Positions 1-10,381 of a stretch of 42,802 nucleotides of DNA are shown here, one piece after another. The stretch spans positions 1 to 42,802 of the forward strand of contig JASFKY010000002.1 of NCBI GenBank assembly GCA_050118395.1, written 5' to 3'. A model generated the notes under the pieces. The model was not told the DNA's origin. It made no database searches and was given only the letters and a program-made list of their open reading frames with translations. Source of the stretch: Myxococcales bacterium (GTDB lineage: Bacteria; Myxococcota_A; Polyangia; Polyangiales; Houyiibacteriaceae). A program made the translations under genes and the position numbers. The first letter of the stretch is position 1, and each line of letters opens with the position of its first letter.

Positions 1-190
1 AAAGGGCGATGGCTGGATGCAAGCCGGTCTTGTAGAAGCGTACGACTGAATCCCAGATCGCATCCACGCTGTCCTTCTCGAGACCCACGCCTCTCGGGTC
101 GGTTTCTCGGTGACTCTTGACGGTCACCTCTTCGGGGTCGAATACGCGAACGGTGACCGGAAGCAGGTCTCGGAAGCGCAGCCTTTGCAT
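1..190 (-). CDS. serine hydrolase / beta-lactamase-family protein, N-terminal fragment (gene runs off the window start)
   Basis: Not in the ORF track because there is no stop in the window. The reverse-strand ATG at 190-188 shares its A with the metH TGA (192-190). My translation is [63 protein letters not shown]..., with GC3-rich codons. The YKTGLHPAIAL segment resembles the region just upstream of the SxxK motif in class-C beta-lactamase-like esterases, but the catalytic motif lies outside the window. Confidence 0.35.
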   Translation of the reverse strand, partial: MQRLRFRDLLPVTVRVFDPEEVTVKSHRETDPRGVGLEKDSVDAIWDSVVRFYKTGLHPAIAL

Positions 191-3100
191 CAGCGGCCTC
201 GCGGGTACCCGAGGTTCGGCTGGAGCCAGCGTTCGACCTCGGCCACGGTCATGTTCTTGCGCCGGGCGTAGTCCTCGACTTGGTCTCGGTCGATGGGGCC
301 CACGGCGAAGTAGCGGGCCTGGGGATGAGTCAGATAGATGCCGCTGACGCTGGCGCCCGGCTGCATGGCAAAATGCTCCGTGAGCGAGATCCCCACCTCG
401 TCGGCTCCCAACAGATTCCACAAGGTCGCTTTTTCGGTATGGTCCGGGCAGGCTGGATATCCGAAAGCCGGGCGGATCCCTCGATACTTTTCCGCGATCA
501 GCTCCGCGCTCGTGAAGCCTTCTTTCGGCTCGTAACCGCACTCTCGACGCGCGCGCTCATGCAGCATTTCCGCGAAGGCCTCGGCAAGGCGATCGGCCAG
601 GGCCTTGACCATGATGGCGTTGTAATCGTCGTGGTCCTCTTCGAAGCTTCGGGCGAGCTCGTCGGCGCCGATGCCAGTGGTGACGGCGAATGCACCGACG
701 TAATCGGCTAGTCCGGTGGATCGGGGCGCCACGAAGTCCGAGAGACAGTAGTAAGGTTGCTCGTTCGGCTTGACTCCCTGCTGTCGCAGCATGTGGAAGC
801 GAAGCTGCTCTTGGCTTCGCTCCGCATCGGCCCAGACGACGATGTCGTCGCCGTCGCGATTCGCCGGCCAAAAGCCATACACGCCTCGTGGCGTGAGGAG
901 CTTTTCGGAAATGATGCGGTCGAGCAATTCACGGCCGTGTTCGTAAAGCTCGCGGGCGGCGGCTCCATGAACCTCGTGCTCCAGAATCTTCGGGAATTTC
1001 CCTCGGAGCTCCCAAGCAGAGAAGAAAAACGTCCAATCGATGTACTGGGCAATTTCTTCGAGGCTCGCGTCATCGACGATTTGACGACCCTCGAACGAAG
1101 GACGGGGCAAGTCTGCGGCACGCCATTCGATCGCCATGGCGTTCTCGCGGGCGATCTCGATGGACACCAACTCGCGATTCTGCCGATGCTCGAAGAGCTT
1201 GCGTGATTTCTCCTGCTCGCTTCGATTCTTGGCGTCGAATTCCGCACTCCGCTCGGGGCTCAGCAGAGACGACACCACGTTGACTACCCTCGAAGCGTCG
1301 AGCACGTGCACGGTGCTACCGCTATACTGCGGTGCGATCTTCACGGCCGTGTGTGCGCGACTGGTCGTGGCGCCGCCGATGAGAAGAGGAAACTGCAATC
1401 CGCGGCGTTCCATCTCGGAGGCCACGTACACCATCTCGTCGAGCGACGGTGTGATCAAACCACTCAGCCCGACGATGTCACACTTCTTTTCTATCGCCTC
1501 GTCGAGGATCCGATCGGCGGGGACCATGACGCCCAGGTCCACCACGTCGTAGCTATTGCAGCCCAACACCACACCGACGATGTTCTTGCCGATGTCGTGT
1601 ACGTCGCCCTTCACCGTGGCGAGCAGCACTCTGCCTTGCGCAGTTGGCTGAGCCGTCTCCTCCTTTTCCGCTTCCATGAACGGCTCCAGATGCGCGACGG
1701 CTTTCTTCATGACGCGGGCGCTCTTGACGACCTGGGGCAGAAACATTTTGCCTTGACCGAATAGATCGCCAACCACCGACATCCCGCTCATTAGAGGGCC
1801 CTCGATGACGTCGAGAGGGCGCGCGTACTTGAGACGCGCCTCCTCGGCGTCCTCGACGACGTAGTCGACGACGCCATTGACCAAGGCGTGCTCGATCCGC
1901 TCCTCGACCGTCCCCTCTCGCCATGAGAGATCCCGTTGGTGAGTCCTACCCTTGCTTTTGACTCGTTCCGCGAGCGCCACCAATCGCTCGGTTGCATCGG
2001 CGCGCCGATTGAAGAGGACGTCCTCTACGTGCGCCAACAGGTCTTTTGGAATTTCCTCGTACACCTCGAGTTGGCCTGCATTGACGATGCCCATGTCCAT
2101 GCCCGCAGCGATGGCGTGATAGAGGAAGGCCGAGTGCATGGCCTCGCGCACCCGGTCGTTGCCTCGAAAGGAGAAGCTCAAATTGCTGACCCCGCCGCTC
2201 ACCAGGGCGCCCGGACAACGTTCCTTGATTTGCTTGGTGGCCTCGATGAAGTTGATGGCATATGCGTTGTGCTCTTCGATTCCGGTGGCCACCGCGAAGA
2301 TATTGGGGTCGAAAATGATGTCTGTCGGCGCATAACCCGCTTCGTCGATTAGCAATCGGTACGCCCGAGCACAGATTTCGACTTTCCTTTCCACCGTTTC
2401 CGCTTGCCCTTGCTCGTCGAAAGCCATCACGACCGCGCCGGCGCCATAGCGGCGGACCTTTCGAGCCTTTTCGAGGAAGTCCGCCTCCCCCTCCTTGAGG
2501 CTGATCGAGTTGACGATGGCCTTGCCCTGCACGCATTTGAGGCCGGCCTCGAGCACGGTCCATTTGGAGCTATCAATCATGAACGGAACCCGCGCGATAT
2601 CGGGCTCGCCCCCAATCAAATGCAGGTACGTGGTCATGGCTTGCTCGGAATCGAGCATCCCCTCGTCCATGTTGATATCGATGATGTTCGCCCCGTTTCG
2701 CACCTGTTGCTGAGCCACCGACACGGCCTCGGGAAAATCGCCCTCGGTGACGAGTCGCCGAAACTTGGCCGAGCCCGTGACGTTGGTGCGCTCGCCTACC
2801 ATGATGAAATTGGTTTCCGGCCGAATCACCAAGGGCTCGAGGCCGCTGAAGCGCGGGAAGTGTAGCGTCCGTTCCCGCTTGGGACGGGGCGCCACGTCGC
2901 GCACGGCGGCGGTAATCGCGGCGATGTGATCGGGCGTGGTGCCACAGCAACCACCGATGAGATTCACCATGCCGTCCTGGGCAAAACCACGCAGGAGCTC
3001 GGCCATTTCCTCCGGACTCTGGTCATACCCGCCGAAAGCATTGGGGAGGCCGGCATTCGGGTAGCAATGCACGTAGCAGTCCGCGATGCCGGCAAGCTCC

Positions 3101-3870
3101 TTGAGAAAGGGTCGCATCTCGGCCGCACCCAAGGAGCAGTTGATTCCGATGGCCAGGGGCTCCGCGTGCTCCATCGAAACGTAAAATGCTTCGACCGTTT
3201 GCCCCGATAGAGTACGACCGCTCCGATCGACGATCGTGACGGAGATCACGATGGGAAGTCGAACTTCCTTTTCTGCGAAGACGTCATCGATTGCGCATAG
3301 CGCAGCCTTGGCATTGAGCGTGTCGAAAATCGTTTCCACCAGGAGCAAGTCGGAGCCGCCTTCGATCAGCCCTCGCACCTGCTCTGCATAGGCCTCGCGC
3401 GCCTGGTCGAACGTGAGAGCACGGAACCCGGGGTCGTTGACGTCGGGGCTCAAGCTCAGAGTCTTGTTGAGAGGCCCGATCGCACCCGCAACGAAGCAGG
3501 GGCGGCTGGAGTGGGCGGCCGTGGCTTCCTTGGCCAGACGCGCCGCCGCCACGTTGATCTCGTGCACGGCGGACTGCAGACCATAGTCGGCCTGGGAAAA
3601 CGCATTGGCATTGAACGTATTGGTTTCGATGATGTCGGCGCCGGCATCCAGGTAGGCTCGGTGAATCTCGCGGATGACGTCGGGCCGGGTCAACACGAGC
3701 AAATCGTTGTTGCCTTGAAGGCTCGATGGATGATCCCCAAAGCGATCGCCACGGAAATCGTCCTCCTTCAAGCTTGCGCGCTGGATCATCGTGCCCATCG
3801 CGCCATCGAAAAAAGCGATTCGCTGATCGAGCAGCGCCTCGAGCTTTCGGGTTGTGTCGTCGTCGTTCAT
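190..3870 (-). CDS. metH: cobalamin-dependent methionine synthase
   Basis: 1226-aa ORF with an ATG start. It has the full four-module architecture: homocysteine-binding and pterin-binding barrels, a B12-binding DxHxxG motif ([10 protein letters not shown]) and a C-terminal AdoMet reactivation domain. Length matches E. coli MetH. Confidence 0.97.
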   Translation of the reverse strand: MNDDDTTRKLEALLDQRIAFFDGAMGTMIQRASLKEDDFRGDRFGDHPSSLQGNNDLLVLTRPDVIREIHRAYLDAGADIIETNTFNANAFSQADYGLQSAVHEINVAAARLAKEATAAHSSRPCFVAGAIGPLNKTLSLSPDVNDPGFRALTFDQAREAYAEQVRGLIEGGSDLLLVETIFDTLNAKAALCAIDDVFAEKEVRLPIVISVTIVDRSGRTLSGQTVEAFYVSMEHAEPLAIGINCSLGAAEMRPFLKELAGIADCYVHCYPNAGLPNAFGGYDQSPEEMAELLRGFAQDGMVNLIGGCCGTTPDHIAAITAAVRDVAPRPKRERTLHFPRFSGLEPLVIRPETNFIMVGERTNVTGSAKFRRLVTEGDFPEAVSVAQQQVRNGANIIDINMDEGMLDSEQAMTTYLHLIGGEPDIARVPFMIDSSKWTVLEAGLKCVQGKAIVNSISLKEGEADFLEKARKVRRYGAGAVVMAFDEQGQAETVERKVEICARAYRLLIDEAGYAPTDIIFDPNIFAVATGIEEHNAYAINFIEATKQIKERCPGALVSGGVSNLSFSFRGNDRVREAMHSAFLYHAIAAGMDMGIVNAGQLEVYEEIPKDLLAHVEDVLFNRRADATERLVALAERVKSKGRTHQRDLSWREGTVEERIEHALVNGVVDYVVEDAEEARLKYARPLDVIEGPLMSGMSVVGDLFGQGKMFLPQVVKSARVMKKAVAHLEPFMEAEKEETAQPTAQGRVLLATVKGDVHDIGKNIVGVVLGCNSYDVVDLGVMVPADRILDEAIEKKCDIVGLSGLITPSLDEMVYVASEMERRGLQFPLLIGGATTSRAHTAVKIAPQYSGSTVHVLDASRVVNVVSSLLSPERSAEFDAKNRSEQEKSRKLFEHRQNRELVSIEIARENAMAIEWRAADLPRPSFEGRQIVDDASLEEIAQYIDWTFFFSAWELRGKFPKILEHEVHGAAARELYEHGRELLDRIISEKLLTPRGVYGFWPANRDGDDIVVWADAERSQEQLRFHMLRQQGVKPNEQPYYCLSDFVAPRSTGLADYVGAFAVTTGIGADELARSFEEDHDDYNAIMVKALADRLAEAFAEMLHERARRECGYEPKEGFTSAELIAEKYRGIRPAFGYPACPDHTEKATLWNLLGADEVGISLTEHFAMQPGASVSGIYLTHPQARYFAVGPIDRDQVEDYARRKNMTVAEVERWLQPNLGYPRGR

Positions 3871-3897
3871 ACGCCCTCAGAGGCTTTTTGCCGGCCC

Positions 3898-3911
3898 CGG
3901 GTCATGACCCG
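3898..3911. promoter_or_regulatory. perfect 14-nt palindrome CGGGTCATGACCCG in the divergent metH / GGDEF intergenic region (candidate operator or leader hairpin)
   Basis: Read directly from the sequence. It lies 28 nt upstream of the metH ATG (minus strand) and about 100 nt upstream of the GGDEF gene ATG. No binding protein can be assigned. Confidence 0.2.
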
Positions 3912-4009
3912 AAAAGCGGCCTCGCGCCCGTGAAACGGTGGCCCACTCGATGTGGGATGCTCTGCTCCTGATGGGTTAAGGTAGACTATCAGGAACGGAC
4001 GCGCTGCCG

Positions 4010-5065
4010 ATGAATTCCAACCGATTGGCTTTTGGTACCGCATGGGTTCGCTTCCTGCTGGCGGCTGGCGGAATCTGGCTCGTCCCGCTGGCGTATCCGC
4101 CCATGGCGACGCACCGCTGGGTATTCGTCGCGTATGCCGGGGTTGCGATCGTCGAGCAGTTTTTGATTTGGCGGGACATCGGAGGACCCTGGCGCCCTTT
4201 CCTCGGCGGCATTTTGGATATGGCGCTCCTGACCTTCATCGTCCAGCGAGTAGGCTCGTCGCGGACCGTGATCGTGGCGCTCTACTTCGTGGCGGGCATC
4301 GTGAACTCATTGGTGGTCACGCCCCGAATGGGCATGGTCGTCTCCGCGATCGGCGCGGCGATGTATTCGGGCGTCGTCGCGTTGGAAGTGCGTGGGGAGC
4401 TTCCTTTCGCGCCCGATGCGCCGATATGGCTCCAATCGAAGGTGCCCACGCCGGTGGACGGCTTTCTGCAAGCCCTGATGGTGACGGTGCTTTTGATCTT
4501 CGGCACCGCCATCGTGGCCAGGCTGGTGCGGCGGATCAACCAGCGAGAGACCGAGCTCATGCTCGTCAACCAGCGGCTGGCCGAGCTCTCTCGGCAGGAT
4601 CCACTGACCAAGCTCTGGAACCGCAGACACATCCTGAGCCACATCGAGCAGGGTCTGGCATGGCTGAATCGCGGCCGGCCCATGGCCGTCGTGATGATCG
4701 ACTTGGACCAGTTCAAGCGTGTCAACGACAGCCGGGGACACCTGCAAGGAGATCAAGTGCTGCAAAGCGTGGCGGACGCGCTGAGGCGATCCACCCGAGA
4801 AGTGGACGTCGCGGGTCGATACGGCGGTGACGAATTCGTCATAGTCCTGGCGGATACGAACCAAGAAGAGGGACGTGCGGCCGGCAACCGTTTCGTCACG
4901 GCCATTCGCGAGGTGGGGATGAAAGTCGACCCCGCCAATCCCATCACGGCGAGCGCGGGGCTCAGCATTGCTCGCCCCGGAGACACGGTCGCAAGCGTCT
5001 TGAAGCGCGCCGATGATTTTGCATACTCGGCCAAGAGCAAGGGCGGCAATCGTCTTTGCGGCTAA
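4010..5065 (+). CDS. membrane-anchored diguanylate cyclase (GGDEF domain)
   Basis: 351 aa. The N-terminal ~170 aa form several hydrophobic helices. The C-terminal GGDEF domain has an intact active site RYGGDEF and an I-site RxxD (REVD) at the same spacing as PleD (RAID....GGEEF). Confidence 0.9.
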   Translation: MNSNRLAFGTAWVRFLLAAGGIWLVPLAYPPMATHRWVFVAYAGVAIVEQFLIWRDIGGPWRPFLGGILDMALLTFIVQRVGSSRTVIVALYFVAGIVNSLVVTPRMGMVVSAIGAAMYSGVVALEVRGELPFAPDAPIWLQSKVPTPVDGFLQALMVTVLLIFGTAIVARLVRRINQRETELMLVNQRLAELSRQDPLTKLWNRRHILSHIEQGLAWLNRGRPMAVVMIDLDQFKRVNDSRGHLQGDQVLQSVADALRRSTREVDVAGRYGGDEFVIVLADTNQEEGRAAGNRFVTAIREVGMKVDPANPITASAGLSIARPGDTVASVLKRADDFAYSAKSKGGNRLCG

Positions 5066-5068
5066 GGC

Positions 5069-5917
5069 ATGGGCGATAGAGTCTTGATTGCAGGGTGTGG
5101 CGACGTGGGCAACGCGTTGGCCGCCCGATTGCTCGCCGACGGGTGCGAGGTTTGGGGCATTCGGCGCCGAGTCGAGGCTCTTGCACCTGGAGTGAAGCCA
5201 TGGCGGGTGGACCTGCGGAATTCGAGCGGGCTCGGAGCGCTCCCCGCAGCCTTCGATGTGCTCTTCTACACCGCAAGCGCCGACCACAGAGACGAAGAGC
5301 ACTATCGGTCGATCTACGTCCACGCGCTACGAGATCTACTTCAAGCACTACGTGAGGCCCGATGCCCGCTTCGCCGAGTATTTTTCACCTCGAGCACTGC
5401 AGTGTACGGGCAGAGCCGCGGACAGTGGGTGGACGAGACGTCGGTAACGGAACCGTCGGGTTTCAATGGGCGTGTGTTGCTGGAAGCCGAGTCCCTCGTA
5501 CGCCAAGCGCCGGAGCGAGGCATCAACGTCCGATTGTCGGGAATCTATGGCCCCGGCAGAACTCGACTCGTTCGGCAAACCTGGAGTGGAGAGGCCAAGG
5601 CCAACGACAGCTGGACCAACCGAATCCACGTGGAGGATTGCGCCGGTGCTCTGCATCATTTGATGCGCCTGCAAGAGCCGGCGGGGCTCTATCTGGCGTC
5701 CGACGACGAGCCGGCCACCAGCGCCGACGTCGTACGATGGCTCAGCGCCGAGCTCGGGGTGAAGCCCCCTCCAATCGAGCAGACTGAACGACTCAACAAA
5801 CGTTGCCGCAATGCCCGCCTTTGCGACGGTGGATTTCAGTTCCGGTACCCGACGTTTCGCGATGGCTATCGGAGCATCGCCCGCCAGTTCCTCCAGGAGC
5901 AGCGCGCAGCGAAGTGA
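5069..5917 (+). CDS. NAD(P)-binding Rossmann-fold protein, atypical SDR / epimerase-like
   Basis: 282 aa. The N-terminal glycine motif is IAGCGDVGNALA and the overall pattern is extended-SDR-like. I saw no clear YxxxK catalytic motif. It starts 3 nt after the GGDEF gene stop, so it is probably co-transcribed. Confidence 0.65.
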   Translation: MGDRVLIAGCGDVGNALAARLLADGCEVWGIRRRVEALAPGVKPWRVDLRNSSGLGALPAAFDVLFYTASADHRDEEHYRSIYVHALRDLLQALREARCPLRRVFFTSSTAVYGQSRGQWVDETSVTEPSGFNGRVLLEAESLVRQAPERGINVRLSGIYGPGRTRLVRQTWSGEAKANDSWTNRIHVEDCAGALHHLMRLQEPAGLYLASDDEPATSADVVRWLSAELGVKPPPIEQTERLNKRCRNARLCDGGFQFRYPTFRDGYRSIARQFLQEQRAAK

Positions 5918-5921
5918 ACCG

Positions 5922-6242
5922 TCAGCCGGTCCGACGAATCAAGTGAAAGCCGAACGGGGTTTCGACGACGTCACTCGTTTCCCCTACCTCCAGCGCAAAG
6001 GCTGCAGCTTCGAAGCCCTTGACCATTTGTCCGCGCCCAAAGCTTCCGAGATCCCCTCCTGCTTGGGCAGATCCGCAATCGGAGTGCTGACGCGCCAGCG
6101 TCGCAAAATCGGCGCCGTCCCGCAGCTGTTGCTCGATTTCGCCAATCTCGGTGCGCGCTTGCTCCTTGCTTCTCGTCGCGGATGAGCGTTCGGAGCCCGC
6201 GTACATGAGCAGGATGTGTGAAGCGCTGATCTGATCGGCCAT
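5922..6242 (-). CDS. ppiC: parvulin-type peptidyl-prolyl cis-trans isomerase
   Basis: 106 aa. It shows typical Par10/PpiC features: ASHILL near the N-terminus, GGDLG, and F.F....GE.S.VV.T.FG.H at the C-terminus. A GGGGGA RBS lies 4 nt before the ATG. Confidence 0.85.
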   Translation of the reverse strand: MADQISASHILLMYAGSERSSATRSKEQARTEIGEIEQQLRDGADFATLARQHSDCGSAQAGGDLGSFGRGQMVKGFEAAAFALEVGETSDVVETPFGFHLIRRTG

Positions 6243-6296
6243 GGGTCCCCCTTTTTGGTGCGGTACCGTACCAGGAATTCCCGTCAGGCAAAGACA

Positions 6297-7682
6297 CTAA
6301 AGCGGCTGTAGCTTCTCCACGCACCGTTTGGCGACCTCGAGACGGTCCACCTTGCCCGACCGATTGAGCGGGAGCGAATCGAGTAGGCACACCGTTTTTG
6401 GACGTTTGTGCGGCGCCAGCTCACGTCGAAGACGATCCTGCAACCCTGCGGAGTCGAACCTCGAAGGCTCCGTGACGATGGCAGCCACCACTTGCTGGCC
6501 CCATTCGTCGTCAGGCACGGCAAAGACGCATGCACTGGCAACGCCAGGTACGGTCTCGAGCCAAGCCTCGATTTCCTGCGGTGCAACGTTTTCCCCTCCG
6601 GTGACGATGATGTCATCCATTCGGCCCTGCACCGAGAGCTGTCCATCGGGAAGCCAGGCACCGGCATCGCCGGTTCGAAGCCAGCCGCCGTGGAGCCGGA
6701 GCGACCCGGCCGATTCCTCTTCGAGGTAGCCATCCATGAGCACGTCGCCCCGAATTTGAATCTCGCCCTGCTCGATCCGCACCTCGATGCCCCGCAGAGG
6801 TGGGCCGCAACCCGGCTTTCCCGCTTGTTTCAAGGTCTGCGTGCTGACCTGCGAGCAAGCTTCGGTGCATCCATAGGTAGCCAACGCGACGACGCCTCGC
6901 TTGGCTGCCAGGGCCCGCAGCGCAGTCGGAAACGAAGCGCCGCCGACCAGCACGGCGCGAAGGTGTGGGCTCGGCGTCCAAATGGGGCTCTGGCAAGAGA
7001 GCAGCCTTCGCAACATCGTCGGCACGACACTCGCCAAGGTCACCCGGGAGCGCTCCATGAGGTCGATGGCTCGACTCGGATCGAACGGTCCAGGGCTCAA
7101 CACGACGCAGCGCCTTGCTATCAAGCACCGAGTCAAGATCGACAGTCCTCCCACGTGGGCAGGTGGCATGCACATCAGCCATCGATCGTCAGCCTTCCAT
7201 GGTAGATTCGCCGCGTGGGCAGCTTCGGACGCGACGAAGGCGCGGCGCGAGAGCTTTGCACCACGGGAGTTACCGCTCGTGCCCGACGTATAGACCACGG
7301 CCAGGGTCCGATCGGGGGGCACCGATGCCCGTGCCAGGGATGTCGCGCTCGGGTTCGGCGATCGCACCGGACCGTCGATGAAATGCGCAGGCTGCGCTCG
7401 ATCCAAGATCTCTTCACGTTCCCGCGCGGTCAGTCGCGGATGTAGAAGAACGGCGGGGCATCCGATCTCGAAAAGGGCATAGAGCCAAAGCACGGAATCC
7501 AGATCCGCCTCGGGCGCCAGAGCGACGCGCTGACCCGCCTCGACGCCCCGTGATCGAAGAAGCGAAATCGCAGGACGGACGCGCTCCGCGACCTCCTCGT
7601 ACGACAGGCTCTGCGCGCCTACGACCAGGCAATCGGCCGTCGGTGCTTCCCGAGCGGCCGCGACGATACTGAGCTCATCCAT
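6297..7682 (-). CDS. menE: o-succinylbenzoate-CoA ligase (AMP-binding enzyme)
   Basis: Adenylate-forming motif YTSGTSGNSRGAKLS, and the position inside a men cluster. I place the start at the ATG at 7682 (MDELSIV...), which overlaps the menC stop by 8 nt. The 27 extra codons in track ORF 6297..7763 run into menC. Confidence 0.85.
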   Translation of the reverse strand: MDELSIVAAAREAPTADCLVVGAQSLSYEEVAERVRPAISLLRSRGVEAGQRVALAPEADLDSVLWLYALFEIGCPAVLLHPRLTAREREEILDRAQPAHFIDGPVRSPNPSATSLARASVPPDRTLAVVYTSGTSGNSRGAKLSRRAFVASEAAHAANLPWKADDRWLMCMPPAHVGGLSILTRCLIARRCVVLSPGPFDPSRAIDLMERSRVTLASVVPTMLRRLLSCQSPIWTPSPHLRAVLVGGASFPTALRALAAKRGVVALATYGCTEACSQVSTQTLKQAGKPGCGPPLRGIEVRIEQGEIQIRGDVLMDGYLEEESAGSLRLHGGWLRTGDAGAWLPDGQLSVQGRMDDIIVTGGENVAPQEIEAWLETVPGVASACVFAVPDDEWGQQVVAAIVTEPSRFDSAGLQDRLRRELAPHKRPKTVCLLDSLPLNRSGKVDRLEVAKRCVEKLQPL

Positions 7683-8748
7683 CGGCGTCCTCGTCGAAGA
7701 GGATCCCCAGCCCGGGCCTGTCGTGGGCCACGATCTGCCGCGCCGCAATGGCTGCGATTTCACATCGGGGCCACAAAGAAAGTGCGGGGTGCACGCCGAG
7801 GCCGGCAGCGAGCTCCGTTTGGAGGGTCAAGGCAAGCTCGGCGGTCGCTGCCCGTGCGATGGGGCCCTCGAACGTGTGGGAGACCAACGCGGGCACACCG
7901 TGCTCAGCCGCACGCTCTGCGACCTCCAACGAGGCGCGCAGGCCACCGAGAACCGTCGGCTTCAACACGACCGCGCGTACCCTGCCCGTCTCGAGCAGTC
8001 GACGGGACAGCTCCTGATCGGCAAGGGTTTCGTCCAGTGCAAAGGGCAGCGGCAAGGCGATGACCCGCCGCCAGTGCTCCGGCGCGACGGGCTCTTCGAT
8101 CAGCTCGAGCTCCAGCGCCCCGAGCGAATCTGCACGTTGCACAACGAGCTCCGGTGAGAGGCGACGGTTTGCGTCGAGCCGAAGGGGTAAGCGGGGGTGC
8201 GTTCGCCGAATCGACTGGAGAGCGGCCAGCTCCGCATCCAAGTTGGATCCGATCTTGAGCTTCAAGTGGGTCGCCCCGTCCTCGATCAGGGCATCGACGT
8301 GCGAAGGCCACGCTCGAGGGCTCGGCTCGCTGACCAAATCGGCAATTGGGATCGGAGACCGGTGGGCCCGGCCTCCGAGAGCCTCGTGCAACGGCTCCGA
8401 TCGGTTGCGGCCCAGCCAGTCGAGCAGCGCGGTTTCCAGGGCAAAACGCGAGGAGGGGCAAGCCACCGGATGCGCTGCAAAGACATCCGACAAGAGCGCT
8501 GCGGGGGTGGCGAGTGGATCGACGTGCACGGCGCGCTCGGTGAGCCCTCGAAGCTCCAGCGTCACCTCTTCGATCGAATCGGGCGAGTAGCCCGGCAGCG
8601 GCGACGCTTCCCCCAGGCCGGCCATCCCATCGCTGCGCATGAGCTGGAGCACTGCAAAGGTGCGTCTGCTCATCCCCGCGCCGGCGCCGACCAACGACTG
8701 TGAAAGGTCCCCTTCGAGCAGATCGACCCTGGCATGCAAGGCCGTCAC
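7675..8748 (-). CDS. menC: o-succinylbenzoate synthase (enolase superfamily)
   Basis: Enolase-superfamily catalytic pattern: KxK (HLKLKIG), RLDAN, IEEP, LDE and VLKP. The start is proposed at GTG 8748, forming a GTGA overlap with the menA stop. The alternative is ATG 8673. The upstream part of track ORF 7675..9603 is the wrong frame over menA. Confidence 0.85.
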   Translation of the reverse strand: MTALHARVDLLEGDLSQSLVGAGAGMSRRTFAVLQLMRSDGMAGLGEASPLPGYSPDSIEEVTLELRGLTERAVHVDPLATPAALLSDVFAAHPVACPSSRFALETALLDWLGRNRSEPLHEALGGRAHRSPIPIADLVSEPSPRAWPSHVDALIEDGATHLKLKIGSNLDAELAALQSIRRTHPRLPLRLDANRRLSPELVVQRADSLGALELELIEEPVAPEHWRRVIALPLPFALDETLADQELSRRLLETGRVRAVVLKPTVLGGLRASLEVAERAAEHGVPALVSHTFEGPIARAATAELALTLQTELAAGLGVHPALSLWPRCEIAAIAARQIVAHDRPGLGILFDEDADG

Positions 8749-9635
8749 AGCGCGATCCCGATGGAAAAGAAAACCCCAAAGGCCGAGAGAAGCTTTGCGG
8801 TGCCTGCCAGCGTCTCGTTGAGGACCGCCCCTCGATCGTGAGCCACCGATCGAAAGAGACGCACCGCCCAGGGGGCGGTGAGCCAGGGAAGACACACCCA
8901 GGCGCTGCTCGCGCCCGCAACGAACATCCCGATCGGCGTCGCATAGGCCGCGACGAGCAGCAGAGCGTACTCCCGAACGCCACCGGCTCGGCCCAGACGG
9001 ACCACCAGCGTACGTTTGCCTGCGCGCGCGTCTCCTTCCACGTCGCGAACGTTGTTCACGACGAGAATCGCGGTGGCCAGCGCGCCGATGGGAATCGAGG
9101 CGACCCACACGGTGCCCGGGACGTATCCCGCTTGGACGAAGGCCGTTCCGCCTACCGCGACGAACCCGAAGAAGGCCATCACGAAGACATCTCCAAGGCC
9201 GTTGTAAGCCAGCGGAAAGGGTCCACCCGTGTACGCGAGACCCGCGGCGATCGAGGCGATGCCGATGACGATCACCGCTGGACCGGCAATCCAGGTCAGG
9301 TAGAGCCCCACACCGAGCGCGAGTGCGAAAGTGACGAAGATCCCACGTCGGAGGAGCGTCGAATCGAGAAGGCCGGCTTGGGCGGCCCGAACGGGCCCCA
9401 GCCTCTCCTCGGTGTCCGCGCCTCGTTGGAAGTCGTACAAATCGTTTGCGAAGTTGGTTCCGATTTGGATGAGAAACGCGCCCAGCAAGGCCGCCAGCGC
9501 AGCGTCGGCACGAAACGCTCCTGCATTCGACGCGCACGCGGTGCCCACGGCCACCGGAGCAAAGGCGGCCGTCAAGGTAGCCGGACGTGCCGCCAGTATC
9601 CAAGCTCCCACCGAGCGGGGCGCTATCGTGCTCAT
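8745..9635 (-). CDS. menA: 1,4-dihydroxy-2-naphthoate polyprenyltransferase (UbiA family)
   Basis: 296 aa and multi-pass hydrophobic, with the UbiA-family motif [11 protein letters not shown]. An ATGA overlap joins it to the menH stop at 9632-9635. Confidence 0.9.
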   Translation of the reverse strand: MSTIAPRSVGAWILAARPATLTAAFAPVAVGTACASNAGAFRADAALAALLGAFLIQIGTNFANDLYDFQRGADTEERLGPVRAAQAGLLDSTLLRRGIFVTFALALGVGLYLTWIAGPAVIVIGIASIAAGLAYTGGPFPLAYNGLGDVFVMAFFGFVAVGGTAFVQAGYVPGTVWVASIPIGALATAILVVNNVRDVEGDARAGKRTLVVRLGRAGGVREYALLLVAAYATPIGMFVAGASSAWVCLPWLTAPWAVRLFRSVAHDRGAVLNETLAGTAKLLSAFGVFFSIGIAL

Positions 9636-10381
9636 CGCGCCACCTCCGTTTCCAAGTCGATGAGCGTCGAAGCCACGTCCCCAGGCGCTTCGATCAACAA
9701 ATTATGTCCTGCTCCTTCGATGATGCGCGCCCGCAGATGCCTGCTTCGCAGTGCAAACGACCGTGCGATATCCGCGAACTTCGAGTCCAACGAACCGGCC
9801 ATGAGAATGATCGGGATGGGAGTCTGAACGAGCTCAGAGCCGTAGTCGGGCATTCGTGCGAGGCCTAGCACCTCGATCGCCCGGGCGAGCCCCTCGGGAT
9901 CATGACCGAGGCGAAGGGTTCGCTGCTTCTCGAGCACATCGCTCGAAAGCTTTTGTTGAGTCTCGAACAGGGGCTGCTGCTCCCACGAGTCGACGAACGA
10001 GCGGATTCCCTCCGTCCTCAGTTGGCGCGCCCGCGCCCCGTCGATGGCGCGACGCTCCGCCCGTGCTGCCTCGTCGGTCAATCCCGGATGCACGCCGACC
10101 AAAACGGCGGCATCGAACAGCGCCGGACGGGTCGCGAGGAGCCCCAGCGCGACGCGCGCACCCATGGAATAGCCCGCGAGGAGCCGCGGCCTGGAGGATT
10201 GGGAGATTTCGTGCGTCAGTCGGGACAGCTCCTCGTCGAAGGACGGACCGCACGCTGCCGACCCCTCGGGACCGTGGCCCGTCAACGTGGGCCTCAGCGG
10301 TGGGTCCTCCGGATTCATGAGCTCGACGACCTCATCCCAACTCGCTGGCGACCCGCTGAATCCGTGCAGCAAGACCCACAT
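9632..10381 (-). CDS. menH: SHCHC synthase (alpha/beta hydrolase)
   Basis: Begins [11 protein letters not shown] (oxyanion HG motif) and has the nucleophile elbow GYSMGA. The ATG at 10381 shares one nucleotide with the menD TGA. The remainder of track ORF 9632..10849 is an out-of-frame read through menD. Confidence 0.85.
   Translation of the reverse strand: MWVLLHGFSGSPASWDEVVELMNPEDPPLRPTLTGHGPEGSAACGPSFDEELSRLTHEISQSSRPRLLAGYSMGARVALGLLATRPALFDAAVLVGVHPGLTDEAARAERRAIDGARARQLRTEGIRSFVDSWEQQPLFETQQKLSSDVLEKQRTLRLGHDPEGLARAIEVLGLARMPDYGSELVQTPIPIILMAGSLDSKFADIARSFALRSRHLRARIIEGAGHNLLIEAPGDVASTLIDLETEVAR

Noticed and set aside
3871-4009. Possible SAM, SAH or cobalamin riboswitch in the metH leader.
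   Set aside because: I could not find the conserved cores (for example a B12 box or the SAH pseudoknot elements) by eye. Only a short palindrome is present. A covariance-model scan would be needed to overturn this.
8749-9603. N-terminal 285 codons of track ORF 7675..9603. Similar 5' extensions are 10382..10849, 13505..13735, 14230..14754, 7683..7763, 23382..23597 and 35130..35276.
   Set aside because: These extensions are out-of-frame read-throughs of the upstream gene (menA, menD, menG, HMGR, menC, ABC-F) or of intergenic DNA. The translations are Arg-rich nonsense. The recognisable domains begin at the downstream start codons that sit in stop-start overlaps.
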